64,000 bases of DNA from a virus. The stretch is taken from positions 519 to 64,518 of IMG/VR virus record IMGVR_UViG_3300009777_000113. One strand, given 5' to 3'. Of the stretch, positions 26,095 through 36,838 are shown one piece after another (within the stretch, counting starts at the first letter, position 1; each line of letters opens with the position of its first letter). Position numbers and translations under genes: made by a program. Below the pieces are notes generated by a model. The model was not told the origin of the DNA. It worked only from the letters and a program-made list of their open reading frames with translations, and ran no database searches.

Positions 26095-29000
26095 TTAGTC
26101 GTCCGTGAACGAATACTGATTGTCCGTTCCATTATTCGTTACCGTGGACGCTGTCGTGATCCAATTGTCTATAGCGCGGTTCTTGTTGCCGTTGAAAATC
26201 ACGTTGCCCATTACTTTTAAATTCTTAAACAGATTCGCGTTGCCGTTTACTGTGAGTGCGCCGTTGATGACAGAACCATTTCCCTTTCCCTCAAGAAAAA
26301 GCTGACTCTTTGTCCACACGACGCTTCCTACAATTGTGGTTGCAAGTAGAAAAATCTTCCCCGGCACTGACATGAAATCGTGGGCTTGCTGTACGGAGCT
26401 AAAATCAGCTTTTCCTGCAGCGACGTCGAGTGCTGATCCCACAATCACATCGGCAAAAGCAGTGATCCTTATGGCGTTTTGATCTTTGGTGTCCTTCGTT
26501 CCCTGTCGTCTCAATGCATGGATACTGACGATGGAGGTTGTAAGATCCTCTGAGAATCGAATTCTATTTGTGCCAACCTCTCTGTAGAAGAGCGTTTTTA
26601 CGGGATCGAGTCCGGCATAATATCTGGGCACTTCGAGGCCCTCGACGATAACAGTAAGATCACCATTGGGTTTTCCGAGATTTACATTTGGAACGAATGA
26701 AAAACCGAGTTCGACTTCACTGACGTTTTGAGCAAGTGGCACATCAAAGACCGTGGAAATTCCTAAAATGCCGTTGGCGTTTGTACCGTCGCTGATAATG
26801 AATCCTGAATCGATGTATCCGCCGTTATTGAAGCCTTCGAGTTCGTAGATACTTGCTTTGTAATCCAGAAGATTTGCGGCAGTAACAACGAGATCATTAG
26901 TGGGACTGCAGAAAAAGACAAAAAAGCATCGCTCGTTATTTGTCGAAGTTGGGAATGCAATCTTCGGCAGAGTGCCGGAAGCAAGAGGACGTTCAAGTGG
27001 CTGTGAAAAAGTCGATGACAATGGTTGGCTTAGGTCAGCAACAAGACCGACACTTGAACCCGCAACGGCAATTCGGGCCGCTTGATCCAGATCAGGGAAC
27101 ATATCGTTTGGGGCGAGACTATCTTCATAGCGAACAATTGCTTCGGCTAGATCCCTTGGACCAAATATTTTAGAAAATGGTAAATTGTCGAGAAGCCCAG
27201 TGGGGTCACCTAAGTTGACAAGATCCTTTGTCCACACGGCTTGAGAAAACATGATGGGTGCAACAGTGAAGACCTGCGAGAAAGGTGTATCAATCACATA
27301 GTCTGTGGGACCTTGAACAATTGTGATCCTGCGAAACTCAGGATCGGTGATTTGCTCAAACTGCTCGTAAAAAAGAATACTTGTGCTGTCGAGCAGAGAC
27401 CATACGGAACCATTGTAATTATATTTTCCCTGACCGACTCCGCCGCTATCCTCAAGGATGCGAACAAGATTACCTGAAACAAACCCTGATAGATAAGTCG
27501 CATCACCCTCAAACACCAAGAACTTAGGACCACTCACAACTTTGTTTCCAATGGGAAAGTTGAAAGCTGTCACGCTCACTGTGAATGAAGATGCAGGGAT
27601 GGTGATAGACGCGATCACATCAAGCGGATTGGTGGAAGGAAGGCCGCCTACAGCCTCAACCAATTTAACAATGATATTTCCGACGGGGTTCCCACTTCGA
27701 AATCCTTTGATGACGAACTTATTGATCTTCTGGCCAGTGAAGTTAAAGTTCCAGGCAAGTGCTCTTTGCGCAACATTGTTGATGTCATCTCCGCCATTTT
27801 GAAACGTCTGGTTGACGGTTCGAATTACACCCGGCCAGTAGACAACGTCTCCAACTTGAAGTGTGAACGAAGGCACACCGCTTGGAACGATCTTGTGATC
27901 GCCGGGTACACCCTCGGTGAGTGTCGACATGCTTGGCGTAACAACATCTTGGCCCGGTACTCTTGGAACTTCAGCAGCAAAATTTGTCGTATGCTTAACG
28001 GTTCTGAAAAGCTGGAAGTCATCATAGGCCCCGGACATTGATTCCGTGGCATCGTGCTTAGATCCAAGCGACATTGTGCTGTTAAAGAAGAGGAAGTTTT
28101 GATCGCTCGTCAGATTAACTGCAGCTGATCCGATCAACAGTCCATTGACAAAAAAGCGTTGGACGTTGGTGACGTAATCATAATCGAATTCGATCTCGTA
28201 AGTTTGGCCATTCACTATTGCCGGAAAGTTGCCGAAATTTGTATTGAAAATATTGTTGCTGGAGTCAACCGAGGTTACTTGGACGATTCCAGTCGTCGCC
28301 AATAGTCTCAACGTAATTTCAGATTGGTTACCCGTGTCCTTGGCTCCAAACCAAGACTTATTGGTTCCAGGAAATCCGCTGAAGTCAGGTGTCCACTTGA
28401 AACGAATGGTTCCAATATCGTCATTAAGCCCTTGCCCGAAGTTTGCATATTGAGCACGACCGCCGCCTCCAGGAACATTAAGGCGGTTTGAGGAGATAGT
28501 CGCACCACCAGTTAAAACTCTCGCAGGAGCGCCAGCTGCAAAGTCTGCATTGGTCGAGGCATTGACGAACGTATCTCTGAAAGTTTCATCAACGACTGAA
28601 AGAACTCGCGGGATTTCACCCGCAAAGTTGGTGGTGTGCTGAATGGTCTTAAAGATTTGTAAATCATCGAACTGGAAGTTGCCTGAGAAGTTTCCGTTGC
28701 CATCAGATCCCAACACAAAGTTCGCACTGACTGTATAGCTGGCGCTTCGAGAAATGGTGCCCGTGTGAGTGGCACCCACTTGAACGCCGTTGACAAAAAG
28801 TCTTTGAGCGCCAGAAACGAAATCGTAACTAAATTCTACTTCGCATTCGACACCAGGGGTAACGCTAGGGATGCCAAAGTTTGAATTGATATTGGTAAAA
28901 CCGACGCTGTCGAATGCTTGATAAGTGAGTGCGCCGGAAGGTTGGCGCTGAAGCATTAGTGCGTTTTCTGCCGCAGGCTCTTTTGCTTCAAAGAGAACCT

Positions 29001-31923
29001 GAAATCCTCCAGGTGCATTCGGAATCCATTTAAATCTGATCGTTCCAACGCGGGGGTTGATGTTTCCATCAGGTCCCGCTGTAAATGCTTGAATTCGGGT
29101 GCCGCCCGAAGAGCCAGAAGTGGTGGTCAGTTTTCCGGGGTTGGCGGTAATATTGCCGCCGCCTAAGAAGAAAAAGCGTTCATCACCTTTTGAAATCAAT
29201 GCTTCGAGCAAAACACCCACGCCTGCAAAATCGCAGCGAAGGAGTTCAATGTTGTTGAACGGGTCAGGAACTGTTTTAACCAGAGTATTGAGGGAGACCA
29301 CAAGTTGCGGCTGATTGATCCCGCCTTCTGTGGTGCCAAATGTAATATTAAAACCTGCGGCTTCACTGCCGACGATGTTCAAAGACGAAGAGTCAATGGA
29401 CGACAATGCTTCCAGAAATCCGATCAACCCTGCAGCGTTGGTGCCCGCAGGAATGTTTGTCGTTTCATTCCCATCATGGCTGAGACGATAGAAGCCTCCC
29501 GTCGGAACCGCACTAAATATCAGGCGCTGAACTTCGTTGACTTGATTGATGATGGTAACGGATGCCGTTTTTGATTTGTCACACTGAAGGCGATATGCAC
29601 CATCAGTGTCGTGATTCGCATTAGTTAGAGGGTCGTTGACCTTTGATGTGGGGTCAGCAGGAGGAGTTGTGAGATCATCGGTGACCGCTGCTTCAAAACC
29701 GTCTTCTGGCTCAATCGGTGCTCCGCCACCTCCGCTTACTACTGGAGCGGGAGAGCCGCCACCCTTTGCTCCGAACCTTACGATATTTGATTCTGAGACA
29801 GGCAGGATTGTTCCGGCACCACCTGCACCGTTGTCTCGAACGACAAGAATGCCAATCGGTAAATTATCTCCGAGGTCTGGATCGTTGGCAGCTCCTTCCG
29901 TTGCACCATCATTTGTTGGCAATACAACAACGAGTTCATTGTTGTCGTCGAGACCAAGTCCGTATTTGAAGAAGCGATTGGGAGCAGAGGGTGTATAGGG
30001 AGTGAAGTTCGCTCCGCCTCCTGTTACCACGCCTGTTGCGAAGTTCGCGGTGCCTCCGGGATAAACAACGACCTCGCCATTATTTGTCAGAGCAAATTTA
30101 CTGGAATCAGCAGCGAGAATTTGTGCCGGATCAATAATTACAGCCGTGTTATTCGGATTGTTGGGCCGTACCTTTAAAAGCTTTCTTGATAAAGTTTCGT
30201 CGTAGGCTTCGTTGAGGCTGGCGTTGACGACGATAAGAGTGGTGTCCGCTTTCTTATAAGCTGCGCCAACTGCAGTTAGCTGATCACGGGCTGCCTTATG
30301 ATCTCCGAACTCATTCACCTCTGTAAGAATCTGTCCGCCATGCCTTGTAATCTTAAACGACTCGGCAAGATCATTGTTGTCTGAATCAAGATCAATAGAG
30401 AGAAGGCTTGATGGCAAAGATATATTTGTGCCGAAGAAATTTATATCTCCGTTTTGAAGAAGCTCGAAAAGGGTTTGGAGACCACCGTTTTTGGTGATTC
30501 TGAAAGTCTCCCCCACAGCGAGATTGTCGGTATCAAGATCAATATTGAAGATCGGATTTTTAGCTAGGATATTTCCGAACAACCATAGATTGCCCGACTC
30601 TAAAATTCGGAAAACTTCATTTAGGGGATCGGCGGAGTTGTTATAGAACTGATAACCATGTCCCGTGCCGTTGTTGTCACTGTCGATTAAGAAAATCATG
30701 TCAGTCAGCGATTGTAGTTTTGCATTTAGGGTGACTACATCGACGTTGATGTCATCACCTAAAGTTGAGCTACCTTTTATATTCTGATCGCCTTCGACGA
30801 TAATCGTAGATTGAAAGACAGAGTTAACGGCGGCAATATTTTGAAAGTAAGCGTTCCCGTGAGCGTCGATGAATGCAATAGGGTTTCCCAATGCATTTCT
30901 GAGTCGCCATTTAATCCCTTGGATTCCTGATCCTCCCGAAGAAGGGAAGAGGGTATGCACGACTGGAACGTCGGGAGAATCTTCGTCACTTGCATTAACC
31001 TGGGTGTCGAGTTGAACGCCAGGGACAATTTGCTTGGTAGTAATTCTCTCTGGCGTGATCAAAGTGTGAGTGCCGTCAACGGAACTATGCTCTTCAAAGA
31101 AAAGTGAAACAAGACTTGGGAAACTCACCGCATGATTGTTGACGTCGGTTTCATCAAAAGAACTTGGAGTGTTGCCAGGGCCTGCGCCGGTGACAATGCC
31201 CAGGAACAGAATATTGTTGTCGAGGCGCAGATCAGTGTTTCGTCGAACGGTTGGCCCTTTTAGAAATACCTGATAGTCCGAAGGGTCCGTTGAAATATTG
31301 CCGAGGGTTTGACCGAGAGCCGTGAGTGTCTCGATCTTGTTGTTCACTCCATCCCAAATCACGGTCAATTCTTCAAAAGCCTGGGCCTGATTCTGAGCCC
31401 GCTTAAGCCATACAACGGCCTTTCTGCCCGCATGACTGACACCAGGTTCGCAAACACTATCAATAATCAGAGTCAGGGTTTCATCACCGTCATCGTTGAC
31501 GGAGTTTGGGTCTGCGACTTCGCCAACTGATTCCTCTTTGAAAGTATATTTGATCTCACCCGTTCGGACGTTGATCTCTGTTTCGCGGGGAACATAGTTA
31601 AATCTGAGGCCAACGTAATAAGGAATCGCGAGCGCATTCTCAAAAGAAACAAGGTTTGCGTCGATGGGATCAAGGATCAGGTAGTTTCCTTTAGCGCCAT
31701 CGGTGCCTCGCAGTGGAGAGGAAATATCAAATGTCTCAGGTGCGGAGGCCGAAAGAATATTTGAGATAAGAATGTTCGGCTCAAAAACACCATTAACAGG
31801 AAATAGCTTAGTAAATACGTCGTGAGTTTTCTGTTCGAGAAAATCAAAGAAGTTCTCGGTGATCTGCTGCTGAGTCAGGAACTTTTTAAGGTATATGTCG
31901 ACTTTTCGATTACCTGTAGCCAT
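26095..31923 (-). CDS. Giant multidomain tail fibre/baseplate-anchored RBP (1942 aa) with two LamG-like domains
   Basis: Follows the baseplate wedge genes; DSDNN repeats; duplicated GTIRFKW.P...F.NG...DD.Q.F domains. Confidence 0.75.
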   Translation of the reverse strand: MATGNRKVDIYLKKFLTQQQITENFFDFLEQKTHDVFTKLFPVNGVFEPNILISNILSASAPETFDISSPLRGTDGAKGNYLILDPIDANLVSFENALAIPYYVGLRFNYVPRETEINVRTGEIKYTFKEESVGEVADPNSVNDDGDETLTLIIDSVCEPGVSHAGRKAVVWLKRAQNQAQAFEELTVIWDGVNNKIETLTALGQTLGNISTDPSDYQVFLKGPTVRRNTDLRLDNNILFLGIVTGAGPGNTPSSFDETDVNNHAVSFPSLVSLFFEEHSSVDGTHTLITPERITTKQIVPGVQLDTQVNASDEDSPDVPVVHTLFPSSGGSGIQGIKWRLRNALGNPIAFIDAHGNAYFQNIAAVNSVFQSTIIVEGDQNIKGSSTLGDDINVDVVTLNAKLQSLTDMIFLIDSDNNGTGHGYQFYNNSADPLNEVFRILESGNLWLFGNILAKNPIFNIDLDTDNLAVGETFRITKNGGLQTLFELLQNGDINFFGTNISLPSSLLSIDLDSDNNDLAESFKITRHGGQILTEVNEFGDHKAARDQLTAVGAAYKKADTTLIVVNASLNEAYDETLSRKLLKVRPNNPNNTAVIIDPAQILAADSSKFALTNNGEVVVYPGGTANFATGVVTGGGANFTPYTPSAPNRFFKYGLGLDDNNELVVVLPTNDGATEGAANDPDLGDNLPIGILVVRDNGAGGAGTILPVSESNIVRFGAKGGGSPAPVVSGGGGAPIEPEDGFEAAVTDDLTTPPADPTSKVNDPLTNANHDTDGAYRLQCDKSKTASVTIINQVNEVQRLIFSAVPTGGFYRLSHDGNETTNIPAGTNAAGLIGFLEALSSIDSSSLNIVGSEAAGFNITFGTTEGGINQPQLVVSLNTLVKTVPDPFNNIELLRCDFAGVGVLLEALISKGDERFFFLGGGNITANPGKLTTTSGSSGGTRIQAFTAGPDGNINPRVGTIRFKWIPNAPGGFQVLFEAKEPAAENALMLQRQPSGALTYQAFDSVGFTNINSNFGIPSVTPGVECEVEFSYDFVSGAQRLFVNGVQVGATHTGTISRSASYTVSANFVLGSDGNGNFSGNFQFDDLQIFKTIQHTTNFAGEIPRVLSVVDETFRDTFVNASTNADFAAGAPARVLTGGATISSNRLNVPGGGGRAQYANFGQGLNDDIGTIRFKWTPDFSGFPGTNKSWFGAKDTGNQSEITLRLLATTGIVQVTSVDSSNNIFNTNFGNFPAIVNGQTYEIEFDYDYVTNVQRFFVNGLLIGSAAVNLTSDQNFLFFNSTMSLGSKHDATESMSGAYDDFQLFRTVKHTTNFAAEVPRVPGQDVVTPSMSTLTEGVPGDHKIVPSGVPSFTLQVGDVVYWPGVIRTVNQTFQNGGDDINNVAQRALAWNFNFTGQKINKFVIKGFRSGNPVGNIIVKLVEAVGGLPSTNPLDVIASITIPASSFTVSVTAFNFPIGNKVVSGPKFLVFEGDATYLSGFVSGNLVRILEDSGGVGQGKYNYNGSVWSLLDSTSILFYEQFEQITDPEFRRITIVQGPTDYVIDTPFSQVFTVAPIMFSQAVWTKDLVNLGDPTGLLDNLPFSKIFGPRDLAEAIVRYEDSLAPNDMFPDLDQAARIAVAGSSVGLVADLSQPLSSTFSQPLERPLASGTLPKIAFPTSTNNERCFFVFFCSPTNDLVVTAANLLDYKASIYELEGFNNGGYIDSGFIISDGTNANGILGISTVFDVPLAQNVSEVELGFSFVPNVNLGKPNGDLTVIVEGLEVPRYYAGLDPVKTLFYREVGTNRIRFSEDLTTSIVSIHALRRQGTKDTKDQNAIRITAFADVIVGSALDVAAGKADFSSVQQAHDFMSVPGKIFLLATTIVGSVVWTKSQLFLEGKGNGSVINGALTVNGNANLFKNLKVMGNVIFNGNKNRAIDNWITTASTVTNNGTDNQYSFTDD

Positions 31924-31947
31924 TCTTTTGCTTTCCTAACAGTTTAT

Positions 31948-31964
31948 GTGATACATTGTATCAC
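31948..31964 (-). promoter_or_regulatory. Palindromic operator/extended -10 site, copy 5
   Basis: GTGATACATTGTATCAC, 24 nt upstream of ATG 31923. Confidence 0.85.
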
Positions 31965-31991
31965 CTTAAATATTTAAACTCACCCCAAAAC

Positions 31992-33836
31992 TCACAAATT
32001 AAACCCCGGCAGCACATGCCTCACATCAATTGGAAGTTGAAGCATCTCGATCTCTCCGGTTTGCATGGTCGTGCCAGCGGTGGTCTTAAATCCGAACTTC
32101 CCTTTTTCAAAACTTGCATCCCTCAATGAATGGACCCGATTGCTATCAAAATAGGTCTGAAGCAATGTGTCGTTAGAAAGGGAGTCAAAACTCGTTTGAA
32201 TCGTAAAGATGTAGGAGGCCTCCGGCACAATATCCACAGGGACAGGAGCGCCGATTTGGACAGAAATTCCTCCCACGGTCTTATGAAGTGAAAGCTGGCG
32301 GTTAACCGTGTCTGCCCGGTATTCGTAAAAGTTGTTCAGGTCTTGAACGAAAAAAAGAACAGAGAAAACTCCCCCGACAGGTAGAGTGTCATTTGCCTTT
32401 ACCTGGAGCACGATGTCCTTAAAGTCCTCATCTCCCAAAACGTCTGTGGCGACTATCGAGTTTGGGGCAATCTCCAGCTGCTTATCCACATTGACTAGGG
32501 AGCTTCCGGCAAGGTTTACGAAGCGCCCACTTCCACTACTGAAGTCTTCAAAGAAGCTAATGAAAATGGCATTTACTCTTTCAGAGCTTGGTCGCATCAG
32601 ATTCAAGATTCGAAGCATAAGAATCTTATTCAGATCCCCTTCATCGACAATGCGAACATCAGAGTAAAATTCATCGAGCTGCTCTTCGATGTATTCAATG
32701 AAACCTGTGATGGGAACAGTGAGTGTGGGTAGGTTTACGAGGTAAACGTCATTTAGCGAAACTCTTAGGTTGTCGATGTCTGCAAGCAGGTTATTCACAA
32801 TAACGCCAGAACCGCCAACCACGATTTGACCGCCATTGGTTAAATCTCCCAGTGGACCAAGTGGAACAATAGGTGTCGATTCCGCACCTCCATAGTAGAG
32901 TCTTGCACCTGCGCTACGATCAACGACAAGGGCTAAGTGTCTCGGCTGTCCGTCGTCAATATCAGCAATTGGAGCAAGAGTGTTACTCACCACATTCACT
33001 CCATCATTTAGGTGAAAGGAGATGGAGTTGGCTGCGGGATCGATGTTGATTTCAACACCCTTGCCAGAGAAATCTTTTTTATAGAAAACTGTCTTTGAGG
33101 TTTGTGAAGTATCAATTCGTAAAAATAGCTCGATAGTAAAATCGCCGCTTAGTTCATACTTTGACGTATTTGGAAGAGAGATCACCCCACCTTGAAGTTT
33201 TGCGTACTTGTGACTGCCTTGTGGAAATCCAGTCGGTGGAGTTTGAAAAAATCCAATCGGTCCACTTGAAGTCGCGTGATTAACTGTCAGACTTCTATCT
33301 TTCAGATTCCCTTCGAAAGTTAAAAGGCAAACGACATTGTTCGATGGGTCCTGGCTCGTCTCAACCCCTGGAACAGAAATGAGCCAAGAATCTTCACCCA
33401 GCTGCTCTTCACCGAATGCTTTCTCGCCAACTATAAGCCGAAAATCAAACCAGTTAAAAACTCGCACTGACTTTCCAGTGAAGATGCGAACAATATCTTG
33501 ATACCCAGGCTCAGTTCCTTTTTCATTCCAAATGGGAATTCCGACTGAGATCAGTTTTCTAAGATCCGCCTCGGTCAAATCTTGGGTGATATTGTTAAGC
33601 TCCTTAGTGAAGCCCACATGATCTTTCAAATAGACTAGAAGATCGGCCCTGGTCTTTGCCGGATTCTTAATATTCTTAAGCTCTTCACGTTTGGCTGAAA
33701 TCTGCTCGAAGATCGCCTGGGGGCCTGTTAAGAATCGCTCAAGAAAATTGTCTCCCTGCTCCACATCCAGAAGTCGAAGCGGTCGATGGAGGAAGGTGAA
33801 AACATCGTGCTGAAAGTTAGGGTCAATCTTCGCCAT
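31992..33836 (-). CDS. Baseplate wedge protein (P2 gpI-like N-terminus) with LamG domain
   Basis: L.YLKDHVGF...LRKLI......WNEKGT; LSGDFTIELFLR...RHLALV...DIDNLRVS. Confidence 0.75.
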   Translation of the reverse strand: MAKIDPNFQHDVFTFLHRPLRLLDVEQGDNFLERFLTGPQAIFEQISAKREELKNIKNPAKTRADLLVYLKDHVGFTKELNNITQDLTEADLRKLISVGIPIWNEKGTEPGYQDIVRIFTGKSVRVFNWFDFRLIVGEKAFGEEQLGEDSWLISVPGVETSQDPSNNVVCLLTFEGNLKDRSLTVNHATSSGPIGFFQTPPTGFPQGSHKYAKLQGGVISLPNTSKYELSGDFTIELFLRIDTSQTSKTVFYKKDFSGKGVEINIDPAANSISFHLNDGVNVVSNTLAPIADIDDGQPRHLALVVDRSAGARLYYGGAESTPIVPLGPLGDLTNGGQIVVGGSGVIVNNLLADIDNLRVSLNDVYLVNLPTLTVPITGFIEYIEEQLDEFYSDVRIVDEGDLNKILMLRILNLMRPSSERVNAIFISFFEDFSSGSGRFVNLAGSSLVNVDKQLEIAPNSIVATDVLGDEDFKDIVLQVKANDTLPVGGVFSVLFFVQDLNNFYEYRADTVNRQLSLHKTVGGISVQIGAPVPVDIVPEASYIFTIQTSFDSLSNDTLLQTYFDSNRVHSLRDASFEKGKFGFKTTAGTTMQTGEIEMLQLPIDVRHVLPGFNL

Positions 33837-33839
33837 ATT

Positions 33840-36290
33840 TTAAATCACCACAATGTTGATGTTACCCGCCAGTGGAAGCTCCCTGGTGGTGAGCTGAATG
33901 TCAGTTGCTGGTAGGTTCAAGATCACCTTCTTAATATTGATCGGATCCACATTAGTAATCTCCGCAATGATCGTGGACCTTGGAATCTCTGAAGCAAAAG
34001 CCCACCGTTTGGTTACACCGTCATTGAATGTCGCTTCTGGATTTAGCAAAGCAGAGACTGCGTTTTTAATAGTCTCTGCATTACCACCTGTGACAATGGC
34101 ATCAATGTTGATAATCCGTGGAGTGTAATTCACCACTGTGACTTCGTGATTCGACAAAATTGTGGGCTTGATTCCCTTTGGCTTATTGCCGTTAAAAAAA
34201 TCTCTCAGCTCTTCCCGTTGCGCTTCAGTTAGAAGGGCACCACCAGGGCCAACGACCACAAGCTCAATGGTTTTCACTCCGAAGGTTTCTTCGATGGCAA
34301 GGCCACGAGCTACAATCCGACTTCCTGTGCTTGCGATGAATTTTGTCGCAAGCTCTTCGAAATCAGTTCGAACTATGGCCTGGTTTCTTGTTCTGACTGT
34401 TGCAGGGCCTTCAATCTTGATCCTTGCAAAGTCCTCTGGAGTGGAGCCTTCTTTCACGTTGTAACCAATGGCCTGTCGTGGATTGAAAACACGGTTGACG
34501 AAGCTAATGGCACTCTTGTTCACAGTGACAGTGTTAGCTCCGACATTTCCGTCAATATCGGCACCGATGCGGTAAATGGCTCTGATGTTGTCAATGCCAG
34601 GAGACGGAATCTTGCCGCTCTTGCCATCACCAAAGCGAACTGTGGCGGTGTCATCACCTTTGATTTCAAGCTCGTAGTCTTTGGAAACTGATGTGGAGTT
34701 GAGAAAGTTTTCGACAAGGTTCCACTTTTGAAAGCCAGAGCCTTCGTTGACCTCAACAATTAAAGTGCCTTCAATGAGCGGCCTAAAGGTAAGAGTGAAT
34801 TCTTGCTTAGGAGCACCGTTCGAGCTACCAAGAGGATCTTCTGCTACTGTTTGGCCCTGAACAATCGGGACAAGTAAAAACTGTTTTCCCGTGTCGATTC
34901 GAATTTCATCGACGTTGGGATTTATGGGTGAGGCCACTTTCAACACGCGGAATCTCAGCCAATGTCCATTAACGGCGTTGATGCTGGTCTTGAGCCAGTT
35001 CTGTGATTGATTCTGAGGAAGAGAGTAAACGACTTTCCCGTCCTCCGAGAGGAGGCCGGACTCATCAGTTAGGTCACTCACTTCATTCCAGATTGTTCCA
35101 ACCACATAGGCTTGTTCATCTAGGTTTACGACTGCTTGGCCGAGTAAGCCCGTTGTTCGAATGATATTTTTTCCGCCCACGAACTGACTCACAACAGTTT
35201 CTGCTGCACCGGATGACGATAGAACCACTCGCACAACAGTGTTTCTTCGATCTTGAGTGCCAAGAAGGGTGGTCAACTCAAACTCAAGGTTAGAACCAAG
35301 GTTAATCACCACGTCGGGTTTCGCGTCTTCAAGGTTGCCGTCGTAAAATTCCCAAACGCCGTCAATACCACTTGCGGGGGTGTTTAAGATAAATTCAACC
35401 GTGTCCCACATGATATCCGCGTGGGCGATGTAGAGAATATCTCCGGCCTTCGGAGTGTCGTCGAAAAGATCAAAGAACACTCCCGGCGTTGAGGCGACAC
35501 CTGCGCGATTCAGACCAAATCCAGCGTTTCTTACATCGAAGTTTGGAGTCGGATTGTCCGACGCTGTTACAACAATTTGCTCTACACTTTGAGTGAGTGG
35601 GACTAGCGAAATGGTGTTCACGCCATCGTGAACAGCAAAGATTTTGTCTTTAATATTTTCGGAAACGGCACCGTTGATAGCGGTAACGAGATTGGAGAGA
35701 GTGGCCGGAATTGTAAGACCAGCGGTCCATTCCACTCCAAAGCGGAACTCAACTCCCGCAATAGTCACCTTGTCCAAAGGGTCAAAGACGTTTGAGAGGA
35801 TTTTTATCTTCCCTGCTGTAAAAGTGAAAACTGCTGTCGGCTTGTCAGTAGGGCTAATGGTAAAGCTGCTGTTGGTTTCAAAAATGATCTGAGGACTTTC
35901 CTCTGTTTCGACAGTTCCAAACTGCGAATTGAGTGGAACGATATTCGTTGGAACTGTGAAGACCTTTGAGAATTCCAATATCTCATCCGTTTGCGACGGT
36001 GTGGCTTGTCTAAGTTTCACGGCAATAAGACTTAGCTCTGATCTCACCGATTCAAGAAGCCGGGCGGTCGCAAAGAAAGACTCCGTGGCCTGAATATCTA
36101 AAAGGACGTTGTTAAGGTGTCCCACCAGGGCAAACGCACTTAAAAGTTGAATATAGGGTTCATGCTCATTTTCATCAGTGATCTCCGGCACGTTTTGCCG
36201 TTTGAACTGAATAAGCGCACGAAAAATTTCAGGATAGTAAAATCCTGAAAAATCAAAATCGGGTATTTGTATCTCTTTTGCCTCTGCCAT
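33840..36290 (-). CDS. Baseplate J/gp47-like wedge protein
   Basis: DFSGFY..I.....PE.TD, SSNGAPKQEF.L, ATVRFGDG..G.IP, A..R.DFE.LA. Confidence 0.85.
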   Translation of the reverse strand: MAEAKEIQIPDFDFSGFYYPEIFRALIQFKRQNVPEITDENEHEPYIQLLSAFALVGHLNNVLLDIQATESFFATARLLESVRSELSLIAVKLRQATPSQTDEILEFSKVFTVPTNIVPLNSQFGTVETEESPQIIFETNSSFTISPTDKPTAVFTFTAGKIKILSNVFDPLDKVTIAGVEFRFGVEWTAGLTIPATLSNLVTAINGAVSENIKDKIFAVHDGVNTISLVPLTQSVEQIVVTASDNPTPNFDVRNAGFGLNRAGVASTPGVFFDLFDDTPKAGDILYIAHADIMWDTVEFILNTPASGIDGVWEFYDGNLEDAKPDVVINLGSNLEFELTTLLGTQDRRNTVVRVVLSSSGAAETVVSQFVGGKNIIRTTGLLGQAVVNLDEQAYVVGTIWNEVSDLTDESGLLSEDGKVVYSLPQNQSQNWLKTSINAVNGHWLRFRVLKVASPINPNVDEIRIDTGKQFLLVPIVQGQTVAEDPLGSSNGAPKQEFTLTFRPLIEGTLIVEVNEGSGFQKWNLVENFLNSTSVSKDYELEIKGDDTATVRFGDGKSGKIPSPGIDNIRAIYRIGADIDGNVGANTVTVNKSAISFVNRVFNPRQAIGYNVKEGSTPEDFARIKIEGPATVRTRNQAIVRTDFEELATKFIASTGSRIVARGLAIEETFGVKTIELVVVGPGGALLTEAQREELRDFFNGNKPKGIKPTILSNHEVTVVNYTPRIINIDAIVTGGNAETIKNAVSALLNPEATFNDGVTKRWAFASEIPRSTIIAEITNVDPINIKKVILNLPATDIQLTTRELPLAGNINIVVI

Positions 36291-36293
36291 ATT

Positions 36294-36659
36294 TTACCTC
36301 GTAAACCTCGGCGAGAACTCCTCAACCTTGTTTGTTTCAATATCGATGTACTTGATGCTGACTTCGAGTTCGCCCTCAACGTCTTCCTTAAATGTGATTG
36401 GTTCATTGGGAATAAGAACGATTCGATCAGAGAGTTGACCGATAATTTTCTCAATTTCTCTTTGCACTTGTGCGCGAGTTGCGACGTCTTTAATTTTAAA
36501 AATCAGGTTTCCAATACCGAGTCTTTGAAATGGGTTATCGTCGCCACCTTCAGAAAGAGCCAGGAGCAGAATCTTTTTGTTCTGCTTAGAGCTGCTGGAT
36601 TCGACTGCGGCTCCCCCAGATTTATCGACGCCGACGGGGATCTTTAAGCCTGTGGCCAT
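36294..36659 (-). CDS. gp25/gpW-like baseplate protein
   Basis: GL.IP...D..G......I..LL....GDD.P...LG; position. Confidence 0.7.
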   Translation of the reverse strand: MATGLKIPVGVDKSGGAAVESSSSKQNKKILLLALSEGGDDNPFQRLGIGNLIFKIKDVATRAQVQREIEKIIGQLSDRIVLIPNEPITFKEDVEGELEVSIKYIDIETNKVEEFSPRFTR

Positions 36660-36838
36660 ATCTTCTCCAAAGTTCGTTTAATGAGCTTCACTCTCTGCCG
36701 AAATTGTCTCTTCACACACTTCGGACAAAAGAGAAGCTCCTCTCCTGCGTCGCTCTTCGCTTTACGAACGGCTTCCTGGGCTTTAATTCTTACGCCGCAG
36801 TGATAGCAATTTACGAACCTGACGCGCTCCTTATTCAT
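36644..36838 (-). CDS. Small Zn-finger protein in the baseplate cluster (start set at ATG 36838)
   Basis: CYHCG...CPKC; the ATG overlaps the upstream stop. Confidence 0.5.
   Translation of the reverse strand: MNKERVRFVNCYHCGVRIKAQEAVRKAKSDAGEELLFCPKCVKRQFRQRVKLIKRTLEKIWPQA

Noticed and set aside
21499-31923. Diversity-generating retroelement acting on the RBP array
   Set aside because: No reverse transcriptase ORF and no near-identical TR/VR nucleotide pair seen; the paralogy is protein-level and old.
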